A stretch of 60,424 nt of DNA from sequence record OQ101257.1; one strand, given 5' to 3'. The DNA comes from Acinetobacter phage Acba_15. Below, one piece after another: positions 15,733 through 25,801 of the stretch. The notes beneath the pieces are model-generated. The model was not told the DNA's origin, searched no databases, and was given only the letters and a program-made list of their open reading frames with translations. Within the stretch, counting starts at the first letter, position 1, and every line of letters begins with the position of its first letter. The translations under genes were made by a program, and so were the position numbers.

Positions 15733-16342
15733 TTTTATTGATCAAGCTGAAGAAGAGGAAGCAATTAGACTAACACCAGCACCGGACTTAAAAAAATGGG
15801 TTGTGGCTAATTACTTAACTATTGGGGGTCCTATTTATAATCCAGATCATGATCATATTGCTGAGCTGCTTCATGATAATGACGAGTTTTTAGCATTCGC
15901 GTGGGCCTCTTCTGCATATAAAAGCAAGCAAGCTATGGTGTTAGGCCAGTGCGAAAAAGTCATGTTCAATGTTGGTGGCTGGCGTAAAGCTCGACAAGAG
16001 CAACAGATGCGTGATTGGTTTGGTTTTGTACCTACTTATTTAATAACTGTCGACGCTTCTTTCTGTGAGCGTGCAAACGATACAGAGTTCTGTTACTTAC
16101 TTGAACATGAGCTTTACCACATTGGAGTGATGAGAGACGAGGACGGAGAAATTGTTTATAGCGATAGTTCTGGTCTTCCTAAGCACTATCTTGCTGGTCA
16201 TGACGTTGAAGAGTTTATTGGCGTAGTTAAACGTTATGGACCAAGCAAAAATGTTAAGCGACTTATTGAAGTCGCAAAAAATCCGCCGTTTGTTTCGAAT
16301 CTTGATATTTCAAAATGCTGCGGCAACTGTGTAATCAATTGA
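15695..16342 (+). CDS. Hypothetical protein carrying an HExxH motif (LEHELYH). Putative metallopeptidase-like.
   Basis: HELYH motif with a downstream Glu/Asp-rich segment. No firm family assignment. Confidence 0.3.
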   Translation: MKMEQIRPFPPTDFIDQAEEEEAIRLTPAPDLKKWVVANYLTIGGPIYNPDHDHIAELLHDNDEFLAFAWASSAYKSKQAMVLGQCEKVMFNVGGWRKARQEQQMRDWFGFVPTYLITVDASFCERANDTEFCYLLEHELYHIGVMRDEDGEIVYSDSSGLPKHYLAGHDVEEFIGVVKRYGPSKNVKRLIEVAKNPPFVSNLDISKCCGNCVIN

Positions 16343-16362
16343 GCCTAATGGCTCTTTTTTTT
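16341..16362 (+). terminator. Intrinsic terminator.
   Basis: Hairpin gagcctaatggctc plus a T8 run. Confidence 0.5.
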
Positions 16363-16400
16363 GCCCATTTTGTTATACGTAGTTATACGATGAGGAAGTT

Positions 16401-16871
16401 ATGGCGACACTAAAAGAGCCTGTGAAAATCTTTATAGTTCAGTCTCTTGCTTGTCGTGATACACCTCAAGAAGTGGCTGAACTCGTAAAACAAGAGTTTG
16501 GCGTTGATATAGATCGTGTTCAAGTTGCAACTTATGACCCTACAAAGGTTGCTGGTAAGAACTTAAGCAAAAAGTATGTCGAACTATTTGAAAAAACCAG
16601 AGATGAGTTTGATAAAGGCTTAATTGATATTCCAATTGCTAATAAGTACTACCGATTGAAGCAATACCAAAGACAACTTGAGAAGACTAGAAACGTCAAA
16701 ACAGCCTTAAAAATTCTTGAGCAAGCCGCTAAAGACATTGGTGGTCAATTTACTAATCGCCAAGAAATTACAGGCAAAGACGGCGGACCAGTCCAAACAG
16801 TTAATTCAGAAATTCCAGTTCCAATGGAAGATTACTTAAAAGCGCGGAGGGAAGTCTTAGATGAGTACTGA
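16401..16871 (+). CDS. Putative terminase small subunit.
   Basis: Lies immediately upstream of the large terminase and overlaps it. Size is 156 aa. The call rests on position. Confidence 0.4.
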   Translation: MATLKEPVKIFIVQSLACRDTPQEVAELVKQEFGVDIDRVQVATYDPTKVAGKNLSKKYVELFEKTRDEFDKGLIDIPIANKYYRLKQYQRQLEKTRNVKTALKILEQAAKDIGGQFTNRQEITGKDGGPVQTVNSEIPVPMEDYLKARREVLDEY

Positions 16872-18288
16872 TGCGGCTCGGGATAAAGCCATCCGGATCG
16901 AGGCGCAAGAAGATTTATATTTCTTCACAAGGTACATGTTTAAGGAGCGCCGTGGTTATAAATGGATGCAAAATTGGCACCACTTAGAAATCTGCGAAGC
17001 TTTAATGAAAGTTTATCGCGGAGAGATAAAGCGGTTAATTATTAACGTTCCACCACGATATTCTAAAACTGAAATTGCTGTAATTAATTTCATGGCTTGG
17101 TGTTTTGGTAAGAATCCAGACTGTGAGTTTATTCATATCAGTTACTCGGCAATGCTTGCCGCAAATAATGCCTTCCAAATACGAACTCTTGTACAAGAAG
17201 AGGCGTATAGAAAAGTCTTTCCTGAGCTTACATTGCGTGATGATAGTAAGGCTAAAGACTTCTGGAGAACTTCTCAAGGCGGTGTCTGCTATGCGACAGG
17301 TACAGGCGGTACGATTACTGGTTTTGGTGCAGGAAAACTTCGTAAAGGCTTTGGTGGCTGCATTATTATTGATGACCCACATAAAGCACATGAAGCTTCA
17401 TCAAAAACTATTCGAGAAGGGGTAATTGATTGGTTTCAGAACACACTCGAATCGCGTACTAACTCGCCAGATACGCCGATCATTGTGATTATGCAGCGAC
17501 TTCATGAAGATGATTTAGCTGGATGGTTGCTAGGTGATAGAAAAGACGGCGTTCCTGTAGCTGGTGGTAACGGTGAAGTGTGGGAGCATCTATGTCTTTC
17601 AGCTATTCAGGAAGACGGATCCGCACTGTGGCCAGCAAAACACAATATCCAAAAATTGAGGCTAATGGAGCAAGCAGCACCATATGTATTTGCCGGGCAG
17701 TACCGACAAATGCCATCACCGCCAGCAGGCGGTTTTTTTAAGCCCGACAATATTCAAATTGTTGATGCTTTGCCTGCGGATGTAGTGAAACAAGTTAGGG
17801 CTTGGGATTTTGGGGCTACCGAAAATGAGGGCGACTTTACAGTAGGTGTGCGAGAAGCTCTAGGCGCAGATGGTTTTACTTACATTGTCGATGTAACTAG
17901 AGGACAGCTTGGACCTGACAATGTGAATAAGCGCTTAGAACAAACAGCAAAAATAGATGGGAAAAAAGTTTCTGTGCGTCTACCACAAGATCCCGGTCAA
18001 GCTGGTAAATCACAAGCTAGTTCATTTGTGAAGCTTCTTGCGGGTTATAGCGTGATAGCTAAGCCAATTTCAGGTGACAAGCTTACACGTGCACAACCAT
18101 TTGCGGCCCAAGTTAACGTAGGAAATGTACGAATGCTCAAAGGTGAATGGAATAAGGATTTTATTGATGAGCTTCGTCATTTTCCTAATGGCACACATGA
18201 CGACCAAGTGGATGCAGCTTCAGATGCGTTTAATGAATTACATGAAGGTTTTGAAGCCTTCTTTGCTGATATGGGATTTGCTCGATGA
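16861..18288 (+). CDS. Terminase large subunit.
   Basis: N-terminal ATPase region has PPRYSKTE, a Walker A-like motif. C-terminal nuclease region has VIMQRLHEDDLAGWL and acidic residues. Confidence 0.75.
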   Translation: MSTDAARDKAIRIEAQEDLYFFTRYMFKERRGYKWMQNWHHLEICEALMKVYRGEIKRLIINVPPRYSKTEIAVINFMAWCFGKNPDCEFIHISYSAMLAANNAFQIRTLVQEEAYRKVFPELTLRDDSKAKDFWRTSQGGVCYATGTGGTITGFGAGKLRKGFGGCIIIDDPHKAHEASSKTIREGVIDWFQNTLESRTNSPDTPIIVIMQRLHEDDLAGWLLGDRKDGVPVAGGNGEVWEHLCLSAIQEDGSALWPAKHNIQKLRLMEQAAPYVFAGQYRQMPSPPAGGFFKPDNIQIVDALPADVVKQVRAWDFGATENEGDFTVGVREALGADGFTYIVDVTRGQLGPDNVNKRLEQTAKIDGKKVSVRLPQDPGQAGKSQASSFVKLLAGYSVIAKPISGDKLTRAQPFAAQVNVGNVRMLKGEWNKDFIDELRHFPNGTHDDQVDAASDAFNELHEGFEAFFADMGFAR

Positions 18289-19736
18289 GTGATGTAACTT
18301 TTCAACATGCTGAATATGTTAAGAACTTGCCATACTGGCAAAAACTTGATGATGTTTGTGAAGGTGAAGATGCAGTTAAGGCTAAAGGTGAAAAATATTT
18401 GCCGATGCCAAATGCACATGATAAATCACCTGCAAATAAAAGCGCTTATGAGGCTTATCTTACCCGTGCAGTCTTTTATGAAGTAACAGGGACTACATCA
18501 AATAGTTTAGTTGGTGCAGCTTTTGCAACCGATCCAAGTTTTAAATTTCCTCCGGAACTTGCTCATTTAGAACGTAATGCAAATGGTGCTGGTTTAAGTA
18601 CTTATCAATTGGCTCAAAATGGAATTCGCCATTTATTGAAGCATTATCGTTGTGCTTTATATGTAGATTATCCTGATGTGCCGCCAGCTCGTAATCTAGC
18701 GGAATTTAAAGCACAAAAAGCCTATCCGATGATTCATTTACTAAATGCCCTTGATGTAGTGAATTGGGATTCAGTAATGATCGATAACCAGAAAAAGCTT
18801 TGCTTAGTGGTTATACGTGAATTTAAGTCTGAGCGCGGTGCTGATGGATTTAGTAAAACCGAACAAGAGCAATATCGTGTACTTCGTTTAGAGCAAGAGG
18901 GAAATGGGGAATATATTTATTCCGTTCAGGTGTACACAAAGGGTGAAAAGGGTAACTGGGTTGGCGGAGAGAAGAAGTTTCCAACAGATTACAACGGGAA
19001 TTTCTGGACCTATATACCTTTTACATTTGTAGGTGCAATTGATAATTCAGAAGAGATTAAAAAGCCACCATTACTTCCTTTGGCTAATCTCAATTTAGCC
19101 CATTACAGAGACAGTGCGGACTTTCAAGAGTCCGTTTTTTATATGGGGCAACCTCAATATTATGCGAAGGGTGTTAATTGGGAGTGGTATGACCAAGCCA
19201 AGAAACGTGGCATCTACATTGGAGCGAAAGTACTTTTGCCTTTACCTGAAAATGGTGGTTTAGGAATTGTACAAGCCGACCCTAATACTCTTGCCCGGGA
19301 AGCGATGAAAGATAAGTGGGAAAAAATGAAGGAGATGGGGGCGCGTTTAATTGAGAAGGGCTCGGGAAGTAAAAAGACCGCTACCGAAGCGAATAGTGAT
19401 GACGCCGTTCAGCATTCAGTTCTTTCGCTCTGTGTCGTTAATATGAATGAAGCCTTGTCAGCAGCATTACGATGGGCTGCTAAGTTTGTAACGCCTAATG
19501 TGGATGTTCTAACTAAAGATGATTTGATGTTCGAAATCAGTCAAGAATTTAACAAACAGGGTTATTTAGCTGAGTTAGCTCGACAGTTATTTGAAGCAGC
19601 TCTACAAGGCCGATCTTCATTTAAATCATGGTGGGAATACAACCAAACAGGTATGTTCCCTAAACAAAAATATGAAGAAGAGCTTCAGAATGTTGAAGCA
19701 GAGCAAGATGGGACTTTAAATCAAAAGGTAGAGTGA
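18285..19736 (+). CDS. Portal protein (probable).
   Basis: 483 aa. Its position lies between the large terminase and the head morphogenesis gene. Confidence 0.55.
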   Translation: MSDVTFQHAEYVKNLPYWQKLDDVCEGEDAVKAKGEKYLPMPNAHDKSPANKSAYEAYLTRAVFYEVTGTTSNSLVGAAFATDPSFKFPPELAHLERNANGAGLSTYQLAQNGIRHLLKHYRCALYVDYPDVPPARNLAEFKAQKAYPMIHLLNALDVVNWDSVMIDNQKKLCLVVIREFKSERGADGFSKTEQEQYRVLRLEQEGNGEYIYSVQVYTKGEKGNWVGGEKKFPTDYNGNFWTYIPFTFVGAIDNSEEIKKPPLLPLANLNLAHYRDSADFQESVFYMGQPQYYAKGVNWEWYDQAKKRGIYIGAKVLLPLPENGGLGIVQADPNTLAREAMKDKWEKMKEMGARLIEKGSGSKKTATEANSDDAVQHSVLSLCVVNMNEALSAALRWAAKFVTPNVDVLTKDDLMFEISQEFNKQGYLAELARQLFEAALQGRSSFKSWWEYNQTGMFPKQKYEEELQNVEAEQDGTLNQKVE

Positions 19737-19737
19737 G

Positions 19738-20841
19738 ATGGCAACAGATATCAAAAAACTATTTGAAGTACTCACTCAGCACCAGGCCTATCTTTATCGT
19801 GCTTCATCAAAAACGGTAAATGAGTTATTGGCTTTATTCAATGATGATACGAGCAAGATGCTATCTAAGCTTCGGGATTTATTGGATGAGCTTAATGAGT
19901 CGGAGAAAGTTGCTTTAGCTGGTGGTAAATATACAACTTCAAATTTAAGGGAAATTAGGGATTTGATTGCCCAATGGTTTGCCAGTGTTAATTTAGCATT
20001 ACCTGAAGCTTTTGCCGTTTCTGCTACGGCGCTGGCTGTTTATGAGGCCAATTACGTAGCTAAGCTCTATGGAGCAAAAATTAATAAGCCTGATGGGGAA
20101 AAACTATTCTTATCCGCTAAAAAAGTTCCGTTGGCAGGTGGCGCTCTTGTCGATGATCTGCTTTCAAGAATTGCTGAAAGTGCCCGTCAAAAGGTTGAGT
20201 ATGCAATTCGAGATGGTATTAATTCAGGCAAAACTAACCAAGAAATTGTTCAGCGTATTCGTGGTACCAAACGGCTTAACTATGAAGATGGGATCTTAAA
20301 TGGTACCAAAACTGATATTGAGCGAACGGTAAGAACTGTGCGAAGTCATGTAGCTAATCAAGCCTATCTAAATAGCTTCAACCAAATTGGCTTTGAATAT
20401 GTCCGATTTGTTAGCGTTTTAGATGGACGAACTTCTAAGCTTTGCGCTTCATTAGATGGTTCAGTGTGGGAAATAAATGATCCGGCAAAGCGAGTGCCGC
20501 CGTTACATCCTAACTGTCGCAGTATCTTGGTTCCGGTCGAGAAGGACGGTCAACTTGTTGGCGAACGGCCATTTGTAATGGACGAACGTAGAGTTAAAGA
20601 CATCCCCAAAGAAGAGCGAAGCCAGTTAATAGGACAGTTAGATGCAAACACCACATTCAAAGAGTTCTTTAAGAAAACAGATGATTTCTTTCAAAGGGAG
20701 TGGCTAGGGCCAAAGCGCTTTAAGCTCTATAAAGATGGGAAATTTGATTTTGATAAGTTCTTTGATCCTGAAGGCCGTTTCTATAGCTTAGATGATTTGA
20801 GAAAGTTGGATGAAAAAGCTTTTAAAAAGTTGGGTCTGTAA
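19738..20841 (+). CDS. Head morphogenesis protein of the SPP1 gp7 / Mu F family.
   Basis: DGRTSKLCASLDGSVW...PLHPNCRS is the hallmark motif of this family. Confidence 0.75.
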   Translation: MATDIKKLFEVLTQHQAYLYRASSKTVNELLALFNDDTSKMLSKLRDLLDELNESEKVALAGGKYTTSNLREIRDLIAQWFASVNLALPEAFAVSATALAVYEANYVAKLYGAKINKPDGEKLFLSAKKVPLAGGALVDDLLSRIAESARQKVEYAIRDGINSGKTNQEIVQRIRGTKRLNYEDGILNGTKTDIERTVRTVRSHVANQAYLNSFNQIGFEYVRFVSVLDGRTSKLCASLDGSVWEINDPAKRVPPLHPNCRSILVPVEKDGQLVGERPFVMDERRVKDIPKEERSQLIGQLDANTTFKEFFKKTDDFFQREWLGPKRFKLYKDGKFDFDKFFDPEGRFYSLDDLRKLDEKAFKKLGL

Positions 20842-20885
20842 TTTTTCTTATGTTATATTTTTTAAAACATCAGAATTTATACAAT

Positions 20886-21278
20886 ATGAAAACAATAGCT
20901 TTTGTATGTCTAACCCTAATTTCCATCACTTGTTTAGCTGAACCAAGTCAAAAATATCTTAAAGAATATGATCGATTGTCTGAAGCTTTGGAGTCAGCAA
21001 TGGCAAATGCATATTCTTTTGATCCTGCAACTGGTCAAGTAAAACAGGCTACTCAAGGTTTAGAAGCTAAAAATAATTTATGTAGAGCTGCCCAGGCGAA
21101 ACTAAACCTCACCACGTTTTTAAAAGACAATTTAGAGGAATCTAAAGAGCTTTATAAATCTATTGATGGTGCAGAGACTCTAGATAAAAATTATCTTAGT
21201 GGACAACAGCAGGAACAACAAAATCTCGTTTCAAATTTGAAAAAAGACCTTGTTGGAACTGGATTTAACTGTGAGTAA
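20886..21278 (+). CDS. Secreted hypothetical protein with a signal peptide. Moron candidate.
   Basis: Signal-like N-terminus MKTIAFVCLTLISITCLA. The gene is AT-rich and sits between the morphogenesis and scaffold genes. Confidence 0.4.
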   Translation: MKTIAFVCLTLISITCLAEPSQKYLKEYDRLSEALESAMANAYSFDPATGQVKQATQGLEAKNNLCRAAQAKLNLTTFLKDNLEESKELYKSIDGAETLDKNYLSGQQQEQQNLVSNLKKDLVGTGFNCE

Positions 21279-21376
21279 TTATTGCCGATTACAGGTAATT
21301 CTAAACTCACTTAAGACACAATTTTCACCTATATAAGCGCCCAAATGGCGCTTTTGTCATTTATGGAGTTTGGCTT

Positions 21377-21619
21377 ATGAGTGAATCAAAAGTTAGACAT
21401 TTGGTACTTAAAAGAGTTTCAGATAAATCTTCTCATCTTGCTCTTTGTGACGAGGAAACAGGTATTCCATTAGCTGGATTAACCGCTGTAAAAATGAATT
21501 GTAGTGTTTTTGAGGGTCCAGCGACTATCACGGCAACATTTGATGTAGGTGGTCCTCAAGGCATCCGCTTAGTTGGTGATGAACCTAGACAAAAGGTTTG
21601 GAGTGCAAAGGAAACGTAG
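21377..21619 (+). CDS. Hypothetical protein.
   Basis: ORF only. Confidence 0.3.
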   Translation: MSESKVRHLVLKRVSDKSSHLALCDEETGIPLAGLTAVKMNCSVFEGPATITATFDVGGPQGIRLVGDEPRQKVWSAKET

Positions 21620-21802
21620 CGAAAGGCACTACAAATGCCTGAAAAGCAAATCAATATGTCAGATGCTCAATATATTCTGAGCACAAAATGAATTCTGGTG
21701 CCATTTCTTCAAATTAAGGTTTCAAGCCATGGCAATTTATGGTTTTACTTTTGAAAGATTAAAAGCAATTGCACTCATCAAATAGAACTTAATTTTTAAC
21801 CA

Positions 21803-21824
21803 TAGCACCTTCGGGTGCTTTTTT
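21803..21824 (+). terminator. Intrinsic terminator.
   Basis: Hairpin gcaccttcgggtgc followed by ttttttt. Confidence 0.5.
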
Positions 21825-21836
21825 TGCGAGAAGAAA

Positions 21837-22028
21837 ATGCCAAGCCCTATTATCCAATATTTCCAATATGAACATTTACCTGAACATTTGCAGCAAGTTA
21901 GTAAGCCAATTGGTGATTTAGCTCGGCAAATGGATGAGCAACTTCCTGACGGGCCTGAAAAATCCACAGGATTAAGAAAGCTACTTGAAGCAAAAGATGC
22001 ATTTGTACGCCAAGCTTTAAGTAAATAA
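21837..22028 (+). CDS. Hypothetical protein of 63 aa, flanked by terminators.
   Basis: An ORF sitting between two hairpin plus T-run terminators. Confidence 0.3.
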   Translation: MPSPIIQYFQYEHLPEHLQQVSKPIGDLARQMDEQLPDGPEKSTGLRKLLEAKDAFVRQALSK

Positions 22029-22043
22029 TCATTTATAGAAATG

Positions 22044-22066
22044 AAGCGTCCTAAAGGGCGCTTTTT
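22044..22066 (+). terminator. Intrinsic terminator.
   Basis: Hairpin agcgtcctaaagggcgct plus ttttttattgcc. Confidence 0.5.
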
Positions 22067-22141
22067 TATTGCCTGCCGAAAGCGGATGCTAACGGCGAAT
22101 CCGGGCGGATGCCCATTTTGTATATATAGGTTGGATGACCA

Positions 22142-22909
22142 ATGAAACTTAAAACAGTAACAATCGACGGTAAAGTTTATGCGGAAGTAGACGGTGATAA
22201 GCCGATCTATATTCATGATGACGGCAAAGAAATGCCACATGATGCACCACACTCGGTAGCAACAATTGCACGCTTAAACAATGAAGCTAAAACACATCGT
22301 GAAGCCAAAGAAGCAGCCGAAAAAGCATTAAAAGCTTTTGAAGGAATTGAAGACCCAGCGGCAGCTAAAAAGGCATTACAAACAATCCAAAATCTCGATG
22401 ATAAAAAGCTGGTGGATGCCGGTGAAGTTGAGAAAGTTAAAGCTGAAGCTATCAAAGCAGTTGAGGAAAAATATGCCCCGATTGTTGCGCAACGTGATGC
22501 TCTAGAAGCCTCTTTACATAAAGAACTTATCGGCGGTGGTTTTGCTCGTTCTAAGTACATTCAAGACAACATTGCAGTACCTGTGGACATGGTTCAGGCA
22601 ACCTTTGGTCATCACTTCAAAATCGAAGAAGGCAAGGTGGTTGCATATGATCCGAACGGCGAAAAGATTTATTCACGTGTCCGCCCGGGTGAACTTGCAA
22701 ATGTTGATGAAGCTTTAGAGTCATTGGTTGGTGGATACCAGCATAAAGACTTAATTCTTAAAGGTGGTAAAGGAACTGGTGGCGGTTTTCAAGGTGGGGG
22801 CAAAGGTGGAGCACCTACTGGAATGAAACGCAGTGAAATGTCTGTTTCTCAGAAAGCAGATTACATCAAAGAACATGGCAATGATGCCTTCCTAAAACTA
22901 CCGAACTAA
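22142..22909 (+). CDS. Putative scaffolding protein.
   Basis: Ala/Glu/Lys-rich helical protein directly upstream of the capsid gene, with a Gly-rich C-terminus. Confidence 0.4.
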   Translation: MKLKTVTIDGKVYAEVDGDKPIYIHDDGKEMPHDAPHSVATIARLNNEAKTHREAKEAAEKALKAFEGIEDPAAAKKALQTIQNLDDKKLVDAGEVEKVKAEAIKAVEEKYAPIVAQRDALEASLHKELIGGGFARSKYIQDNIAVPVDMVQATFGHHFKIEEGKVVAYDPNGEKIYSRVRPGELANVDEALESLVGGYQHKDLILKGGKGTGGGFQGGGKGGAPTGMKRSEMSVSQKADYIKEHGNDAFLKLPN

Positions 22910-22936
22910 TCATTAAATATTTGGAGATAAGTAGTT

Positions 22937-23893
22937 ATGACTACGACAGTTAATTCAGACATGATCATCTATAATCAATTGGCTCAAACTGCTTATTTAG
23001 AGCGTTTGCAAGATAATTTGAATGTATTTAACCAAGCCTCTAATGGTGCAATTGTTTATCGCAATGAGATCATTGAAGGTGATTTCAATAAAGAAGCATT
23101 CTACAAAGTGGGCGGTAGCATCAAACATCGTGATGTGAATTCAACCGCCAAAGTAGTTCCAGAGAAAATTGGTTCTGGTGAGTCTGTAGGCGTAAAAGTC
23201 CCATATAAATATGGTCCTTATGCATCAACTGAAGAGGCATTTAAGCGCCGTGCTCGTACACCAGAAGAATTTGCTATGGTTGTTGGTTACGATCTTGCAG
23301 ATGCATTGGTTGCAGGCCGATTAGAGTACAGTTTAGCTTCTTTAAAAGCTGCTATTTCTAGCAATCCAGACATGGTTGCAAAAGGTAGTATCGTTGTTGA
23401 TGGCCGCAAAGCATTGACTCGTGGTATGCGAAAGTTTGGTGATAAGTTTGGCCGCATTGGCTTATGGGTGATGAACTCAGATACATATTTCGATATTGTC
23501 GATGATGCAATCACTAAGCAAATTTATGGTGAATCTGAAATCGTTATCTACGGTGGTTTACCGGGAACCTTAGGAAAGCCGGTCTTGGTGACGGACGCTG
23601 TAGGTGATAACGATGCTTTTGGTTTGCAGTATGGCGCTGTCACTGTAACTGAATCACAAGTACCGGGCTTCCGAGCTTATGACATCAATGATGAAGAAAA
23701 CTTAGCAATCGGTATGCGTGCTGAAGGTGCATTTAACTTAGATATTCTTGGTTATAGTTGGGATACATCGAAAGGTGAAAATCCTGACCTTACATTACTT
23801 GGTTCAAGCGCTAACTGGATCAAATATGCAACCAGCAACAAAATGACAGCAGGTACCTTACTTGATTTATCGGGTACAGCGACAACTGGTTAA
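22937..23893 (+). CDS. Major capsid protein (probable).
   Basis: 318 aa, in the position after the scaffold gene, with a strong Shine-Dalgarno sequence and a terminator downstream. Confidence 0.5.
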   Translation: MTTTVNSDMIIYNQLAQTAYLERLQDNLNVFNQASNGAIVYRNEIIEGDFNKEAFYKVGGSIKHRDVNSTAKVVPEKIGSGESVGVKVPYKYGPYASTEEAFKRRARTPEEFAMVVGYDLADALVAGRLEYSLASLKAAISSNPDMVAKGSIVVDGRKALTRGMRKFGDKFGRIGLWVMNSDTYFDIVDDAITKQIYGESEIVIYGGLPGTLGKPVLVTDAVGDNDAFGLQYGAVTVTESQVPGFRAYDINDEENLAIGMRAEGAFNLDILGYSWDTSKGENPDLTLLGSSANWIKYATSNKMTAGTLLDLSGTATTG

Positions 23894-23912
23894 AACCTAA
23901 AAATTAAAACCT

Positions 23913-23940
23913 AAGGGGGCTAATAAGCCCTCTTTTTTAT
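23913..23940 (+). terminator. Intrinsic terminator.
   Basis: Hairpin gggggctaataagccctc followed by ttttttat. Confidence 0.4.
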
Positions 23941-23958
23941 TATTAAGAGAAAAGCGCC

Positions 23959-24624
23959 ATGAAGATTATCTATACACGCATTGCAGCAGCGGCTGCATTA
24001 GAGACAGGCATTATTGCTAACCCTGACTATTATGAAAACCCAAATTTGAAAGCAAAAGAGGTAATTATTTACGGTAATTATCCAAAGATTCAAAAGGATT
24101 ATGAATCTTTGGAAGTTCCAGTTGAAGTTCGTAAGTTGGAAGTGCCACAAAAAACGACTTTGGCCACAGTAAATGTCGCAGTGGGAATTACCCCTGAACT
24201 TCAAGCTGTGATGGATGATGCAAAAGCTGAATGTGAAAAGGTAGTTGAAGAAAACACTCAGCTTAAGCAGAAAATTGCCATCTTAGAGCAGGCCGGTGGT
24301 AACCAGTCAGAGTTGTTATCTGAAAATTCACGATTAAAAGATGCAGCAGTCTTAGCAGATAAAGCTCTCAAAGATGCTGAAGCTCAAGTGGTCGGTATAA
24401 AAACTGAATTTGAAGCTTTTAAAAATGATATTCCTGCAATGCAGGCACGTATTGCTGAATTGGAAGCTGGAAAAGCGGCAGAAAACCCAGCTACAGAAAC
24501 GGCAGCTAATGATTTTGAAAACTGGTCAAATGATCAATTAAAAGAGTATTTGGCTAGTAAAAACATTGGTTACAAGCCGTCTGCAACAAAAGCAGAACTT
24601 CTTAAATTAATCCCGAAGGAATAA
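23959..24624 (+). CDS. Hypothetical coiled-coil structural protein.
   Basis: Long helical region LKQKIAILEQ... Confidence 0.3.
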   Translation: MKIIYTRIAAAAALETGIIANPDYYENPNLKAKEVIIYGNYPKIQKDYESLEVPVEVRKLEVPQKTTLATVNVAVGITPELQAVMDDAKAECEKVVEENTQLKQKIAILEQAGGNQSELLSENSRLKDAAVLADKALKDAEAQVVGIKTEFEAFKNDIPAMQARIAELEAGKAAENPATETAANDFENWSNDQLKEYLASKNIGYKPSATKAELLKLIPKE

Positions 24625-24628
24625 TGCA

Positions 24629-25018
24629 ATGAGCTTTATTACTGTAGATGACGCAAATTCAATTTTGGGCAGCGATTTTGCACCAGACAGTGATAAGGCT
24701 CGTCTGGTGAAGCTGGCAAATGTGTGGATGAAAAACAGAATTGGTTTTGTACCAGATCCAATTGATCCACTTCTTAAGGACGCGGCTTGTGAAATTATCA
24801 AAGGAATTCTGGCCAAAGTAATTTATAACGGCAAAGAGCAGCAGTTGAAGCGTAAGAAAGTTAAGGCTGATTCTGTTGAGTCAGAAAAAGAATTTCAAGA
24901 CGGATCTGAAGCAATCTCTAGCTTTGAACAGATAGCAATTGATTTTATTGATTCACTTGATTTGAAAGATCCAAATGCAAGTTTTAATGGCTTTGGCATA
25001 CCACTTTACAGGGCATGA
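24629..25018 (+). CDS. Head-tail connector (gp6-like) protein (probable).
   Basis: N-terminus is ITVDDANSILGSDF...LI. Call based on position. Confidence 0.35.
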   Translation: MSFITVDDANSILGSDFAPDSDKARLVKLANVWMKNRIGFVPDPIDPLLKDAACEIIKGILAKVIYNGKEQQLKRKKVKADSVESEKEFQDGSEAISSFEQIAIDFIDSLDLKDPNASFNGFGIPLYRA

Positions 25019-25019
25019 T

Positions 25020-25388
25020 ATGGGCTTACGTGACGAAATTCAGGCAGACATTGCTGAAGCATTTAATGATGATTTAGCAGATGCCATTCATACCTTTACA
25101 TGTGAGCGGATCTCTAAAACGAATTGGGATCCTAAAACTGAAACTTATGTTGAAGTTAAAGAAAACTATTCTGGCCGTGGCGTTCTGTTTGGCTCATACA
25201 GTCAATATGAGATCCAAACACTTGGAGTACTGGCCACGGATAAAAAGGCAACCGTGCTTCAAAATGAAGTAACTATGACTCCAAAAATTGAAGATGAATG
25301 GTTAACTGCCTTAGGCTCATTCCGGGTAATTAATATTCAACAGGATCCAGCTAATACTATTTGGAAATGTCAGCTTCGAAAAGTGTAG
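25020..25388 (+). CDS. Head-tail joining protein (hypothetical).
   Basis: ORF with the start set at MGLRDEIQ, overlapping the previous stop. Confidence 0.3.
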   Translation: MGLRDEIQADIAEAFNDDLADAIHTFTCERISKTNWDPKTETYVEVKENYSGRGVLFGSYSQYEIQTLGVLATDKKATVLQNEVTMTPKIEDEWLTALGSFRVINIQQDPANTIWKCQLRKV

Positions 25389-25396
25389 GGGCTAAA

Positions 25397-25801
25397 ATGG
25401 TTAATCCTGATTATGTTCCTGAATGGTATATCTCGCCTTTTCAACATGTGCAGTACACGCTTGCTCGAAATCAACTACACATGGATTTGTTATTTGAAGA
25501 TATGGATAAGGCCGATCAATTTTTGGATATGGGAGCGGATGCGCAAGTTAGTACTTTTTCTGATGGTGCATATGCAATCGTCCAAATTGGTGATACGGCG
25601 GATAAAGACCGAATTCAAGTTTATGGATTGCTTTTACATGAAGCTGTTCATGTCTGGCAAAAGATTAAAAAGCTCATGGGTGAACGAGAACCGAGCTCTG
25701 AGTTTGAAGCTTATTCAATTCAGGCGATCGCTCAAGACCTTTTTAAAATGTATGAAGAAAGCGAGGTGAATGATGGGATGGAAGGGGAAAAAGCCAACTG
25801 A
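25397..25801 (+). CDS. Head-tail joining protein (hypothetical).
   Basis: ORF only. Contains a probably fortuitous HEAVH motif. Confidence 0.3.
   Translation: MVNPDYVPEWYISPFQHVQYTLARNQLHMDLLFEDMDKADQFLDMGADAQVSTFSDGAYAIVQIGDTADKDRIQVYGLLLHEAVHVWQKIKKLMGEREPSSEFEAYSIQAIAQDLFKMYEESEVNDGMEGEKAN

Noticed and set aside
21737-22252. 171-aa minus-strand ORF.
   Set aside because: It overlaps two plus-strand terminators and the start of the scaffold gene, and has no Shine-Dalgarno sequence. It is probably spurious.
25361-25801. HEAVH (HExxH) motif in a head-tail joining protein. Possible protease.
   Set aside because: It is a single short motif in a small structural-region protein with no other metalloprotease features. 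It is probably a chance occurrence.
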